Shown piece by piece: positions 1-8,012 of a DNA stretch of 15,876 bases (positions within the stretch are counted from its first letter, which is position 1; every line of letters begins with the position of its first letter). Origin of the DNA: Bdellovibrionota bacterium (GTDB lineage: Bacteria; Bdellovibrionota_C; UBA2361; JBGSMV01); assembly GCA_041739995.1 (NCBI GenBank), contig JBGSMV010000071.1:1-15876 (forward strand). Reading direction: 5' to 3'. The position numbers and the translations under genes are program-made. The notes below the pieces were generated by a model. It saw only the letters and a program-made list of their open reading frames with translations. It had not been told where the DNA came from and searched no databases.

Positions 1-72
1 TACGGATACTCCCGACTCGGATTCCTGCAGGATCTTCACGATCTTTTCTTCGCTAAATCGACTCTTCTTCAT
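1..72 (-). CDS. IS3-family transposase OrfA, N-terminal fragment (partial)
   Basis: Manual translation MKKSRFSEEKIVKILQESESGVSV, a typical IS3/IS407-group OrfA start; SD AAGGAGG just upstream. Confidence 0.85.
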   Translation of the reverse strand, partial: MKKSRFSEEKIVKILQESESGVSV

Positions 73-103
73 TTTTCCTCCTTAACACAGTTAATGAGGA
101 AAA
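73..103 (-). promoter_or_regulatory. Hairpin overlapping the orfA Shine-Dalgarno
   Basis: TTTTCCTCCTTAAC-ACA-GTTAATGAGGAAAA is an inverted repeat with one mismatch that would sequester the SD in read-through transcripts. Confidence 0.55.
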
Positions 104-141
104 CTAACTTCAGACTGGTCTACATTTCAGGGGGGACGTCA

Positions 142-241
142 CCTTCAACTAAACATTCTGGCCACTTAGCACGAACAACTTGTTGAAGGGTGTTGTAGGG
201 TATTAAAGGATGTTGAAGCTATTTACGTAAAAATTACGGAA
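142..241 (+). repeat. att-arm-like repeat, copy 1 (5'-truncated by the IS3 element)
   Basis: Near-identical to 3043-3142 and 14303-14392; contains four 10-bp units (TGTTGAAGGG TGTTGTAGGG TATTAAAGGA TGTTGAAGCT) and TTTACGTAAAAATTACGGAA. Confidence 0.9.
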
Positions 242-259
242 TTTTTCCCAATCAAGAAT

Positions 260-769
260 TCAATTAATATGTTTGCTGTCAGCGCAAAGAATTGCCCGTA
301 CAAGCTCTGCTGGATGTACGTACTTTGTGAAGGTAAAGATGCTCTTGGCGATCTGCATCTCGCCCTCCGAAGCCTTCAGCGGCCCCGCAGACGCGTCTTC
401 TGCCATAAGTTGTAAGGTCAATCCTATCTCATTCATCGATCCGAGCACTCTGCGGTTCTGGCTCTTCCGAATCTCAACATTATCCATCTCCTTCAACTCA
501 ACAGCAGCTCGCGCTTCGGGTACCCCTAATAGCCGAAGAAGGTTAAAAACTCGCATAGTAAACATCGAAAGCGGATGCTGGCCTTCAATGAGTGGAAGGA
601 TCACTGTAAGCAGCGTGCGCTCGTTCGTGCAAATTACGATTCCGCCCCGGCAGGTTGGCACCAAGTTTGCGTACCAGTCGCCCAACGCCGTAGTCGGGGT
701 TTTCTCCCCGAGTGTAGGTGTGGCCGCCATTTCGGAAAGTAACCTCTTGGTACACCGGAGCGAAAACAC
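260..769 (-). CDS. Hypothetical protein, DUF6933-like
   Basis: Likely GTG start at 769 (MFSLRCTKRLL...LGDWYAN...NRRVLGSMNE) with SD GGAGG; starts 4 bp after the phosphoesterase stop. The ORF-track start at 835 overlaps the upstream gene. Confidence 0.65.
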   Translation of the reverse strand: MFSLRCTKRLLSEMAATPTLGEKTPTTALGDWYANLVPTCRGGIVICTNERTLLTVILPLIEGQHPLSMFTMRVFNLLRLLGVPEARAAVELKEMDNVEIRKSQNRRVLGSMNEIGLTLQLMAEDASAGPLKASEGEMQIAKSIFTFTKYVHPAELVRAILCADSKHIN

Positions 770-773
770 AGAA

Positions 774-1301
774 CTACCCCTCCTCCCTGCTTCCAACCAT
801 GGCAGCTTTAATCTGGTCCAACGCAACCGGCACATAGCTCCAGGAATCTACACCGACATCCAGCGCCAAGGATCCCGGCTCCGATGCAAGCCGCCCATGA
901 GAATGTCCATAAAGGTGCCAAGTCCCATAGCGCTTACGATCCCAGATCCGCATGGCGTAGTGCATCAGCGCAATCTTTACTCCACCGTTGAGACCCAAGA
1001 AAAAGTAGTCCTTGATCCACTCAAAACGCGAAGCGCAAAGCTTGTGCTCAGCTGCCTTGTCGTGGTTTCCACGAATCAGGAATATCTTGCCGTTTAGTGA
1101 ATCGAGAATCTTGCGGGTTATCTCAGGTCGTAGAATAGAAACATCGCCGAGGTGATACACGGTGTCTGATGTTCCGACGGTACGATTCCAATTCTTGATT
1201 AGAATTTCGTTCAATTCGGTAACATCGCGAAATGGCCGCTTGTCATAGCGGAGGACATTGGAGTGCCCAAAGTGGGTGTCGGCAGTGAAGAAGACTGTCA
1301 T
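774..1301 (-). CDS. Calcineurin-like metallophosphoesterase (phage/MGE-associated type)
   Basis: Motifs DTHFGH, HLGD, GNHD, MHY and GHSHG. Confidence 0.9.
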   Translation of the reverse strand: MTVFFTADTHFGHSNVLRYDKRPFRDVTELNEILIKNWNRTVGTSDTVYHLGDVSILRPEITRKILDSLNGKIFLIRGNHDKAAEHKLCASRFEWIKDYFFLGLNGGVKIALMHYAMRIWDRKRYGTWHLYGHSHGRLASEPGSLALDVGVDSWSYVPVALDQIKAAMVGSREEG

Positions 1302-1482
1302 TCCGCCTTACGCTCCCGTCGTTTCTGCTGATGGGTGTTACTCCCTTCCCCGGTTCTCCTCGAAGCTTGGATTCATGCCCGTATATTAAACTCAGGCTTT
1401 ACTATACAGCAAAAACTGCGCATAATAAAGCCAGATATTACTATGGCGGTACATGTTAGCTGTCCTAATAGGTGACTTTACT

Positions 1483-2646
1483 ATGGAATCGAGTTTATCC
1501 CAGTCTCGCGCCGGTAAGTACATTAAGCAGATTTCGGGTTATCGCTCGTTTATCCCTGCTGATTTGCCTCCCACACCGGCAATCGATTTAGGCGGCACAA
1601 TTCAAACCATGCTCTCGGAGGCCGATCGTACTCTTGGTCGACTTGATGGAGCTGTAATGACCCTTCCCAATCCAGACTTATTTGTATTCATGTATGTGCG
1701 AAAAGAGGCAGTTCTTTCCAGTCAGATTGAAGGCACACAAAGCTCTCTGCAAGATCTTCTCGCTGCAGAAGCAAACGTGTTTACCGATCAGCAACCCAAG
1801 GATGTAGACGAAGTTGTAAACTATGTAAGTGCAATGAGACACGGATTAAGCAAGCTCAGCGAGCTTCCAGTATCCGTGCGACTCATCAGGGAGATCCATG
1901 AAAAGCTTTTAGCAGGCGTTCGCGGCTCTCATCTTACCCCGGGTGAGATCCGTAAAACTCAAAACTGGATCGGGCCAGCCAATTGCACACTGAATCAGGC
2001 GACATTTGTACCGCCACCGCCCGACATGGTTGCCGAATCGCTCAGCAAACTTGAGCAGTTTCTTCATTCGAGTTCAGATCTTCCGCTTCTTATTCGTATA
2101 GGACTTGCGCATGCTCAATTCGAGACTATTCATCCTTTTTTGGATGGGAATGGGAGAATTGGACGCCTACTCATTACTTTTTTGTTATGCGAGCAGCGTG
2201 CATTACAGAAGCCGGTCCTTTACCTCTCATATTTTTTCAAACAACACCGACAAGAATATTACGAACGTCTTCAAGCTGTGAGAGATACTGGTAACTGGGA
2301 AGCCTGGCTAGAATTTTTCTTAAGAGGAATTGCCGAAGTTAGTGGCCAAGCGACTGAGACGGCGCGTAAAATTCTTGTACTTCGTGAAGAGCATAGATCT
2401 CTAGTTACACAACATCTCGGACGTGGCGCCGGGAACGGACATAGGGTTTTAGACAGCCTATTCGAACATCCCATTACATCTGTAAAGAATGTGCTCGACA
2501 TGACTAAAACTTCTTATCCAGCCGCAAACAATCTTGTGAATAAATTGATTGAGCTAGACATCCTCAGTGAGTTTACTGGCCAGAAGCGGCACCGAAAATT
2601 CAGATATCGTAGGTATATCGAGCTCTTCGATGATCAGGCTAAATAA
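1483..2646 (+). CDS. Fic family protein (class II, probable AMP-transferase) with probable C-terminal winged HTH
   Basis: Canonical HPFLDGNGRIGR motif and N-terminal inhibitory motif SSQIEG. ATG at 1483 follows AGGTGA; alternative start at 1453. Confidence 0.92.
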   Translation: MESSLSQSRAGKYIKQISGYRSFIPADLPPTPAIDLGGTIQTMLSEADRTLGRLDGAVMTLPNPDLFVFMYVRKEAVLSSQIEGTQSSLQDLLAAEANVFTDQQPKDVDEVVNYVSAMRHGLSKLSELPVSVRLIREIHEKLLAGVRGSHLTPGEIRKTQNWIGPANCTLNQATFVPPPPDMVAESLSKLEQFLHSSSDLPLLIRIGLAHAQFETIHPFLDGNGRIGRLLITFLLCEQRALQKPVLYLSYFFKQHRQEYYERLQAVRDTGNWEAWLEFFLRGIAEVSGQATETARKILVLREEHRSLVTQHLGRGAGNGHRVLDSLFEHPITSVKNVLDMTKTSYPAANNLVNKLIELDILSEFTGQKRHRKFRYRRYIELFDDQAK

Positions 2647-2750
2647 TCAGCTTAGGGCGACGCATATCAACGAAATCTGGCGCTCTCGGTTTACCTTTCA
2701 TGGCCCTAAAGCATCACATAGTGACACCTTAGGGGAAGCAAATGCCGAGG

Positions 2751-2844
2751 GTCCTTCGATGCGCTTCCTTCGACTCGTTTAACTCGCTCAGGCCTAGTCG
2801 CTTACTCAGGACTTACCATGAGAGAACAAACGCGAGTCGAATGG
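2751..2844. repeat. Cluster of nested/inverted CCTTCGA...CTCAGG REP-like palindromes at the tRNA 3' end
   Basis: Outer GTCCTTCGA...CTCAGGAC (2751-2812) encloses inner CCTTCGACTCG...CTCGCTCAGG (2767-2792); an inverted copy CCATGAG...CGAGTCGAATGG (2816-2844) overlaps the tRNA CCA. Confidence 0.65.
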
Positions 2845-2978
2845 TCCCGAGGGCGGGAATTGAACCGTTCGGCTGCCTTCGACCCGAGCTCAGGCCGAGG
2901 GTAGCTCACGTCGAAGCTCGCACGGCTGTTAACCCCAGGATTTTAAGTCCTGTATGTCTACCATTCCATCACTCGGGC
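2842..2978 (-). tRNA. tRNA-Leu(UAA), interrupted by a 52-bp insert in the T-arm; probable pseudo- or chimeric tRNA
   Basis: GCCCGAG-TG-ATGGAATGGTAGACAT-A-CAGGA-CTTAAAA-TCCTG, long variable arm, GCG[insert]GGTTCAATTCCCGC-CCTCGGG-ACCA. The acceptor stem is out of register by one base. Confidence 0.85.
2865..2916 (-). mobile_element. Type A nested palindromic mini-insert (52 bp) in the tRNA T-stem
   Basis: CTTCGACGTGAGCTACCCTCGGCCTGAGCTCGGGTCGAAGGCAGCCGAACGG; nearly identical to 14635-14687 and 15628-15680. The empty site is visible in the tRNA fragment at 14231-14240. Confidence 0.9.
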
Positions 2979-2998
2979 AAATAACCTCACTCACTTTC

Positions 2999-3142
2999 TT
3001 TTAAGTTCGCTGGGTACATTACCGGTCGATCCCCCTCAACGTCCTTCAACTAAACATTCTCGCCACTTAGCACGAACAACTTGTTGAAGGGTGTTGTAGG
3101 GCATTGAAGGATGTTGAAGCTATTTACGTAAAATTTACGGAA
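2999..3142 (+). repeat. att-arm-like repeat, copy 2, starting at the core TTTTAAGT (left junction of the cargo island)
   Basis: Similarity to 14259-14392 begins exactly at TTTTAAGT, the reverse complement of the tRNA-Leu anticodon loop plus one base. Confidence 0.9.
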
Positions 3143-3157
3143 AACTTCTATGCCTCC

Positions 3158-4969
3158 TCACGGACCGAAGGATACAGTTGAAGATGCCAACCGGACCAAA
3201 GCTTCTTGACCAATCGGCTCCTCAGGCTGCCAAGGCAGCCACGCGGTCCGTTTTGCATGAGTCTCAACGACTTCCTGCAAATACCGACGCTCTGATTCTT
3301 CGCGGCGTAGCAGAAGCGGATCGCAGGATCCGCTATTGAATAGGCTTTGATTTATGACCCAGGCGAAGGGCTCAATCTGCGCACGTCGCAGATCTTCCTG
3401 CAATGCAGCAGCCTCGTGAACTGGCGTCGCTTCTGGCAATGCGATCAGCAATATGCGGGTAAATGCTGGATCTCGCAGGCGCTCCAAAAGATGCAGCACC
3501 TCCTCTGGTTGCGTGCTGCGTGCTTGGCGCTGAAGTTCGCGGTGATACGCTTCGCTTGAGTCGAGCAACAATAGGGTGTGGCCGGTGGGAGCGGTATCCA
3601 GCACAACAAAACGCCCCTTCCCCTGCCCGACCTCGCGAGCGAAAGCTCTAAAAACTGCGATCTCTTCTGTGCACGGAGAGCGCAGGTCTTCTTCCAACAA
3701 GGCTCGCCCAGCTTCGTCCATAGCGGAGCTTTGGTTGCGCATAACCTCTGCTTGATAAGCTACTGTCTCGGCCGAAGGATCGATTTTACCGATGGTGAGT
3801 CCTGCAACCTGCCCCGCGAGTGTCTGAGCAACATGCGCTGCTGGATCGGTAGTGCTGAGATGAACAGAATGGCCGCGCTTCGCAAGCATCACGGCAATGG
3901 CGGCGGCAACGGTAGTCTTGCCAACCCCACCTTTACCCATCGTCATGATAACGCCATGTCCCTGCTGCTCGATCGTCGAAATGAGCGCTGCAAGGCACTC
4001 CATCGCGGGCGGTATCCATTTTTCCTTCTGTAGCATGCGCGGCCCTGACTGCTCAGTTTTTTTATCTGATCTAAAATCCAACAACTCACGCAAACCTCCG
4101 AGCCCAAGAATATTGATTGACCTTAAGGGAACAACAAAAGTCGACATACTGCTGATAAACTCATTTGCCGTGGCAAGTGCCAACATCCCTCGCTGCTGCA
4201 TCGCTTGCGCAGTGACATCCTTAGGGCATGTTGTTTCAAAAACGCCATTTACAACGAGGCATTGATTGCCCACACCAAGAGTGCGGAGCTCCTTTGAGGT
4301 ACGCTCAGCTTCGCGAAGTGCAGCAAGCTGCGGCCGACTTACTAGAACCAGAGTCGTTGCTGAGGCATCTGCCAACGTCTTCACTGTGGCTTCATAAATG
4401 ACCCGCTGCTTCTCCAAACCAGCAAGTGGTCCGAGACAAGAAGTACCGCTCGTATTTTTATCGAGAAACTGATCCCATGCCTTAGCGAGACTCATAAGCC
4501 TTAGAGTGTGCCCAGTCGGCGCAGTATCGAAGATAACGTGGTCGTAGTTCTTGGTCGCTTCGGGATCGCCGATGAGACCTGAGAATTCGTCAAATGAAGC
4601 GATCTCAACGGTACACGAACCTGAAAGCTGCTCCTCCATGCTTGCAAGTGCTGCGGTAGGGAGAAGGCCACGCATCGGACCAATAAGCCGTTCACGATAC
4701 GCAGCGGCCGCTGCAACTGGATTAATATTGATTGCATGAAGTCCGGGAGCGCCTGGAATCGCCGTGGGCGAATTCGTAAGCTTCACTTCCAATACTTCGT
4801 CCAAATTGGAAGCCGGATCGGTGCTTACCAGCAGTACCCGCTTGCCAGCCTCAACGAGCATCAGTGCAGTGGCACAAGACAGCGACGTTTTACCAACTCC
4901 TCCTTTTCCGGTAAAAAAAAGATAGCGTGTGGTTTCGGCGGGATTAGGTTGATAATTGGGAAGCTTCAC
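3158..4969 (-). CDS. arsA: Arsenical pump-driving ATPase ArsA
   Basis: Two GKGGVGKT P-loops, two DTAPTGH signatures, metalloid-binding Cys in GSCTVEIA, TSCLGP and SPCTEEIA. GTG start overlaps the arsD stop. Confidence 0.97.
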   Translation of the reverse strand: MKLPNYQPNPAETTRYLFFTGKGGVGKTSLSCATALMLVEAGKRVLLVSTDPASNLDEVLEVKLTNSPTAIPGAPGLHAININPVAAAAAYRERLIGPMRGLLPTAALASMEEQLSGSCTVEIASFDEFSGLIGDPEATKNYDHVIFDTAPTGHTLRLMSLAKAWDQFLDKNTSGTSCLGPLAGLEKQRVIYEATVKTLADASATTLVLVSRPQLAALREAERTSKELRTLGVGNQCLVVNGVFETTCPKDVTAQAMQQRGMLALATANEFISSMSTFVVPLRSINILGLGGLRELLDFRSDKKTEQSGPRMLQKEKWIPPAMECLAALISTIEQQGHGVIMTMGKGGVGKTTVAAAIAVMLAKRGHSVHLSTTDPAAHVAQTLAGQVAGLTIGKIDPSAETVAYQAEVMRNQSSAMDEAGRALLEEDLRSPCTEEIAVFRAFAREVGQGKGRFVVLDTAPTGHTLLLLDSSEAYHRELQRQARSTQPEEVLHLLERLRDPAFTRILLIALPEATPVHEAAALQEDLRRAQIEPFAWVINQSLFNSGSCDPLLLRREESERRYLQEVVETHAKRTAWLPWQPEEPIGQEALVRLASSTVSFGP

Positions 4970-5298
4970 AAAGTTACCTTTTTCTCATCCTCAAGTGCCG
5001 CACGACTAAATGCTGGTCGCTCAATCGCCGTCGGATAGCGCCCCTTCAGGTAGACCTCGTCGTTTAGAAATATCAGTGGCAACACATCGGTACCTTCGTT
5101 GTCGAGCAAAGCCTTTACGACCGAATTTTCTGCGAAGGCCATCGGCTGTTGGCCCATGTTGTAGCGCTCAATCGTGAGGCCCTGCGTACCTAATTGCGCA
5201 AGTAGCGCGGCAAAGTTCACGAGATCAGGATTAATATCAGTACCGCAAACGCCGGTGGAGCAGCACATCGGTGGGTCATAAACTCGAATGGATTTCAT
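4966..5298 (-). CDS. arsD: Arsenite metallochaperone ArsD
   Basis: YDPPMCCSTGVCG (Cys12/13/18) and GRYPT motifs; SD AGGAGG. Confidence 0.96.
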   Translation of the reverse strand: MKSIRVYDPPMCCSTGVCGTDINPDLVNFAALLAQLGTQGLTIERYNMGQQPMAFAENSVVKALLDNEGTDVLPLIFLNDEVYLKGRYPTAIERPAFSRAALEDEKKVTL

Positions 5299-5334
5299 AA
5301 TGGAACCTCCTGATACGACTTCAGATAAAGCTGA

Positions 5335-6450
5335 TTATAATAGGATGCTACGTTTCTTTTCGACATGTCCTTCGTCATAGAGGCGCTTTCGAAAGAATAA
5401 CGCGACACTAACGAGACCGATGAGCACTGGTACCTCAACCAATGGCCCGATCACTGCTGCAAAAGCTGCGCCAGAATTAATTCCAAACACGCCGATAGCA
5501 ACGGCTATGGCGAGCTCAAAATTATTACTGGCGGCGGTAAAGCTGAGCGTTGCTGTTTTGGGGTAGTCAGCACCTGCCTTGTAGCTTACATAAAACGAAA
5601 CCAAAAACATCACGACGAAGTAAATCAGTAGTGGCACTGCGATACGAAAGACATCAAAGGGCAATGCGATAATATATTCGCCCTTAAGCGAGAACATCAC
5701 CACGATGGTAAAAAGAAGCGCTATCAAGGTTAGCGGGCTGATTCTTGGGATGAATTGTTCGTCATACCAGTCTCGACCATTAGCGCGAACTAACCAAAAA
5801 CGGGTCGCCATCCCAGCAAGAAACGGAATTCCGAGATAGATGAAGACACTCTCCGCTATGGCAGCGATAGTGATTGTCGAGAGATCCACCGAACCGAAAT
5901 CCACTCCGAAGATTGGTGGAAGTACCTTGATAAAGACAAAGGCAAACAGCGAGTAAAAAAGCACCTGAAAGATAGAATTAAAGGCTACTAGTCCTGCCGC
6001 GTATTCTGGGTCACCCTTAGCAAGATCATTCCACACAATGACCATAGCGATACACCGGGCGAGGCCAATCATGATGAGCCCAATCGCATATTCTGGTTTA
6101 TCCGAAAGAAAAATAAGTGCCAACGCAAACATCAGACATGGGCCGATGATCCAGTTCTGAGCAAGCGATAGGCTAAGAATCTTCCAATCTCTAAATACCC
6201 TTGGCAGCTCCTCATACCTGACCTTCGCCAAAGGCGGATACATCATAACAATAAGACCAAGCGCTATCGGTATGGAGGTTGTTCCAACGGAGAGTGACGT
6301 AAGAAACGTGACGGCTGAGGGGGTGAAGTAGCCGACCCCAATGCCAAGGCCCATGGCAAGAAATATCCACAGCGTAAGCCAGCGGTCTAGAAATGAAAGC
6401 CTTCCGACAACTGTGGGGCTACAACAGTTCCTCGCATCAACACCACTCAT
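5335..6450 (-). CDS. acr3: ACR3-family arsenite efflux transporter
   Basis: [47 protein letters not shown] and GPLVEVPVL motifs. Confidence 0.96.
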   Translation of the reverse strand: MSGVDARNCCSPTVVGRLSFLDRWLTLWIFLAMGLGIGVGYFTPSAVTFLTSLSVGTTSIPIALGLIVMMYPPLAKVRYEELPRVFRDWKILSLSLAQNWIIGPCLMFALALIFLSDKPEYAIGLIMIGLARCIAMVIVWNDLAKGDPEYAAGLVAFNSIFQVLFYSLFAFVFIKVLPPIFGVDFGSVDLSTITIAAIAESVFIYLGIPFLAGMATRFWLVRANGRDWYDEQFIPRISPLTLIALLFTIVVMFSLKGEYIIALPFDVFRIAVPLLIYFVVMFLVSFYVSYKAGADYPKTATLSFTAASNNFELAIAVAIGVFGINSGAAFAAVIGPLVEVPVLIGLVSVALFFRKRLYDEGHVEKKRSILL

Positions 6451-6567
6451 ATCAATCCCTCAATTCATTCAATGCAGAAATTCACTTATCTCTCGCGTTG
6501 TCGGCACGCTTCCTACGAAGTCAACTTACCTTCCGACCATTTGAAGCTGAATTATTGGTGCAACTAC

Positions 6568-7008
6568 CTACCCAACTTCAGCGTGCGAGAGCCACTGAAC
6601 AATCTTAGCTTTTATCTCGTCTCTCACTTGTCGAAATTTCTGTAACTCGAATTCTTCTGTGCCATCAAAAGCTGCTGGATCCTCAAATGGCTAATAAAGT
6701 GTGCTCCCAGCAAACGGAAACATAGTTGGGCAGCTATTCTTAGCATTTTCGCAAACCATAATTGCAGCACGCACTGCGGCTTTTCCTAGGTATGTTGAAA
6801 CACTCTTCGGGTTCTGTTTACTTGTATCAATTCCGATTTCCGCCATCACTTTATGCGTAAGAAAATGAATCGGCTTGGGATCAAGTCCCGCGCGATGCGC
6901 ATCGAAACTATCGGGCGCATAATGGCGAAGCAACGCTTCAGCCATTTGGCTCCTAGCGGAATTGCCCGTGCAAAGAACTAAAACTACTGGTTTGCGTTTC
7001 TCCTCCAT
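6568..7008 (-). pseudogene. arsC: Second ArsC/LMW-PTP-type arsenate reductase with an in-frame amber stop
   Basis: CTGNSARS P-loop. TAG at 6691-6693 replaces the conserved Trp (LY*PFEDPA); the frame continues [33 protein letters not shown] to a TAG at 6568. Confidence 0.88.
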
Positions 7009-7029
7009 ATCTTGCTACGCCTTAATGCC

Positions 7030-7521
7030 TTAGCTAATTAAACTTGTTGGATTGGATAAAGATTCAGGAAGTCTAGCTACAAAGGCTTTAATCTCGTCAC
7101 GTACCCTTCTGTAGTGCCCAAGCACCTCCTCCTCAGACTTAGCATTCAATGCAAGCTTTGGTGGGTCATCAAATCCGACATGCACTTTTTTTGCGCCGCC
7201 GGGAAATATCGGACACGCTTCGTTTGCGGAGTCACAAACTGTGATTACGCAATCAAATGTCCTTCCGGTTAATGAATCGACATGTTTTGAGCCTTGCTTT
7301 GTAATATCTATTCCCACTTCGGCCATCACCTTTACGGCGAGAGGGTTTAATCCTTGCGGCTTTGTTCCAGCAGAAAAGGCTTCAATACAATCCTCCTTTA
7401 GGTGATGCGCAAAGCCTTCAGCCATCTGACTGCGGCAGGAATTCCCAGTACAAAGAAAGAGAATTTTTGTTTGCATAGTAGGACTTGCGCCGAACTCGTT
7501 CTTTCCATTCTTGTGCATCAT
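7030..7521 (-). CDS. arsC: Thioredoxin-coupled arsenate reductase ArsC (LMW-PTP fold)
   Basis: CTGNSCRSQMAEG, CDSANEACPIFPG, FDDP and RVRDEI motifs. The start may be downstream at MQTKIL (7476). Confidence 0.93.
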   Translation of the reverse strand: MMHKNGKNEFGASPTMQTKILFLCTGNSCRSQMAEGFAHHLKEDCIEAFSAGTKPQGLNPLAVKVMAEVGIDITKQGSKHVDSLTGRTFDCVITVCDSANEACPIFPGGAKKVHVGFDDPPKLALNAKSEEEVLGHYRRVRDEIKAFVARLPESLSNPTSLIS

Positions 7522-7536
7522 AAATTCTTTTCGATT

Positions 7537-7917
7537 TTATTTTTGCTCACAACAGCCGCCTTTAGCGCTTGGGGCACAACATCCCTCAAACGCACGTGCT
7601 AAATCCCTAAGTGCAGCGCTTATCTCTTTATAACGAACCTGATAGGAGACCACGCGCCCACTCTTCGATGATTGAATGACATTGGCCCGGGCAAGAATTG
7701 CTAAATGCCTCGACACCACCGAAAAATCGACTGAGCAACACTGCGAAACCTCGGTTACCGAACAAGGGCGCCCGCACTTTGCAAGGCACGATAAAAGTAA
7801 CAACCGAGTTGGATCACCCAGTGCTTTAAAGAGCTCTGCGTTCAAAAGCTTATCAATAGGCTCTTCTCGGGCCGAGGCATGCTTGGGAGATTTCGCATAT
7901 TTGTATACTTGCGCCAT
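7537..7917 (-). CDS. arsR: ArsR/SmtB family metalloregulatory repressor
   Basis: FKALGDPTRL and VVSRHLAIL HTH motifs; C-terminal GCCAPSAKGGCC. ATG at 7917 chosen from promoter geometry. Confidence 0.92.
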   Translation of the reverse strand: MAQVYKYAKSPKHASAREEPIDKLLNAELFKALGDPTRLLLLSCLAKCGRPCSVTEVSQCCSVDFSVVSRHLAILARANVIQSSKSGRVVSYQVRYKEISAALRDLARAFEGCCAPSAKGGCCEQK

Positions 7918-7952
7918 AATGCAAATATATGACCATTCCTCAAATTGATCAA
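7897..7952 (-). promoter_or_regulatory. sigma70-type ars promoter with overlapping inverted-repeat operator
   Basis: TTGATC (7952-7947), 17-bp spacer, TATATT (7929-7924), then 6 nt to the ATG; inverted repeat ATATTTG...CAAATAT at 7897-7928. Confidence 0.7.
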
Positions 7953-8012
7953 CAAGCATAAATCAAATTCTAATGATTGAATTTGAATCTGAGTGAGCGC
8001 AACATCGAAAAC

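Larger units (their letters stand above)
1..141 (-). mobile_element. Left end of an IS3-family insertion sequence (continues beyond the window start)
   Basis: Minus strand begins TGACGTCCCCCCTGAAATGTAGACC at 141, a 5'-TG terminus typical of IS3 IRL, followed by an orfA start. It abuts and truncates copy 1 of the att-arm-like repeat. Confidence 0.85.

Noticed and set aside
180..241. 10-bp tandem units as a CRISPR array, or TTTACGTAAAATTTACGG as a dif site
   Set aside because: No spacers and units too short for CRISPR; no XerC/XerD 11-6-11 layout.
273..1097. 274-aa plus-strand ORF
   Set aside because: Antisense shadow of two recognisable minus-strand genes; no motifs.
2865..2916. Canonical tRNA intron
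   Set aside because: Too short for group I or II, not in the anticodon loop, and the same sequence occurs in a protein gene, which points to a DNA insert.
2567..2984. ORFs 2567-2782 and 2742-2984
   Set aside because: They run through the fic 3' end, the REP cluster and the antisense tRNA.
6691..6693. Stop-codon reassignment or pyrrolysine in arsC
   Set aside because: TAG is used as an ordinary stop at 774 and 6568, and the position is a conserved Trp one transition away.
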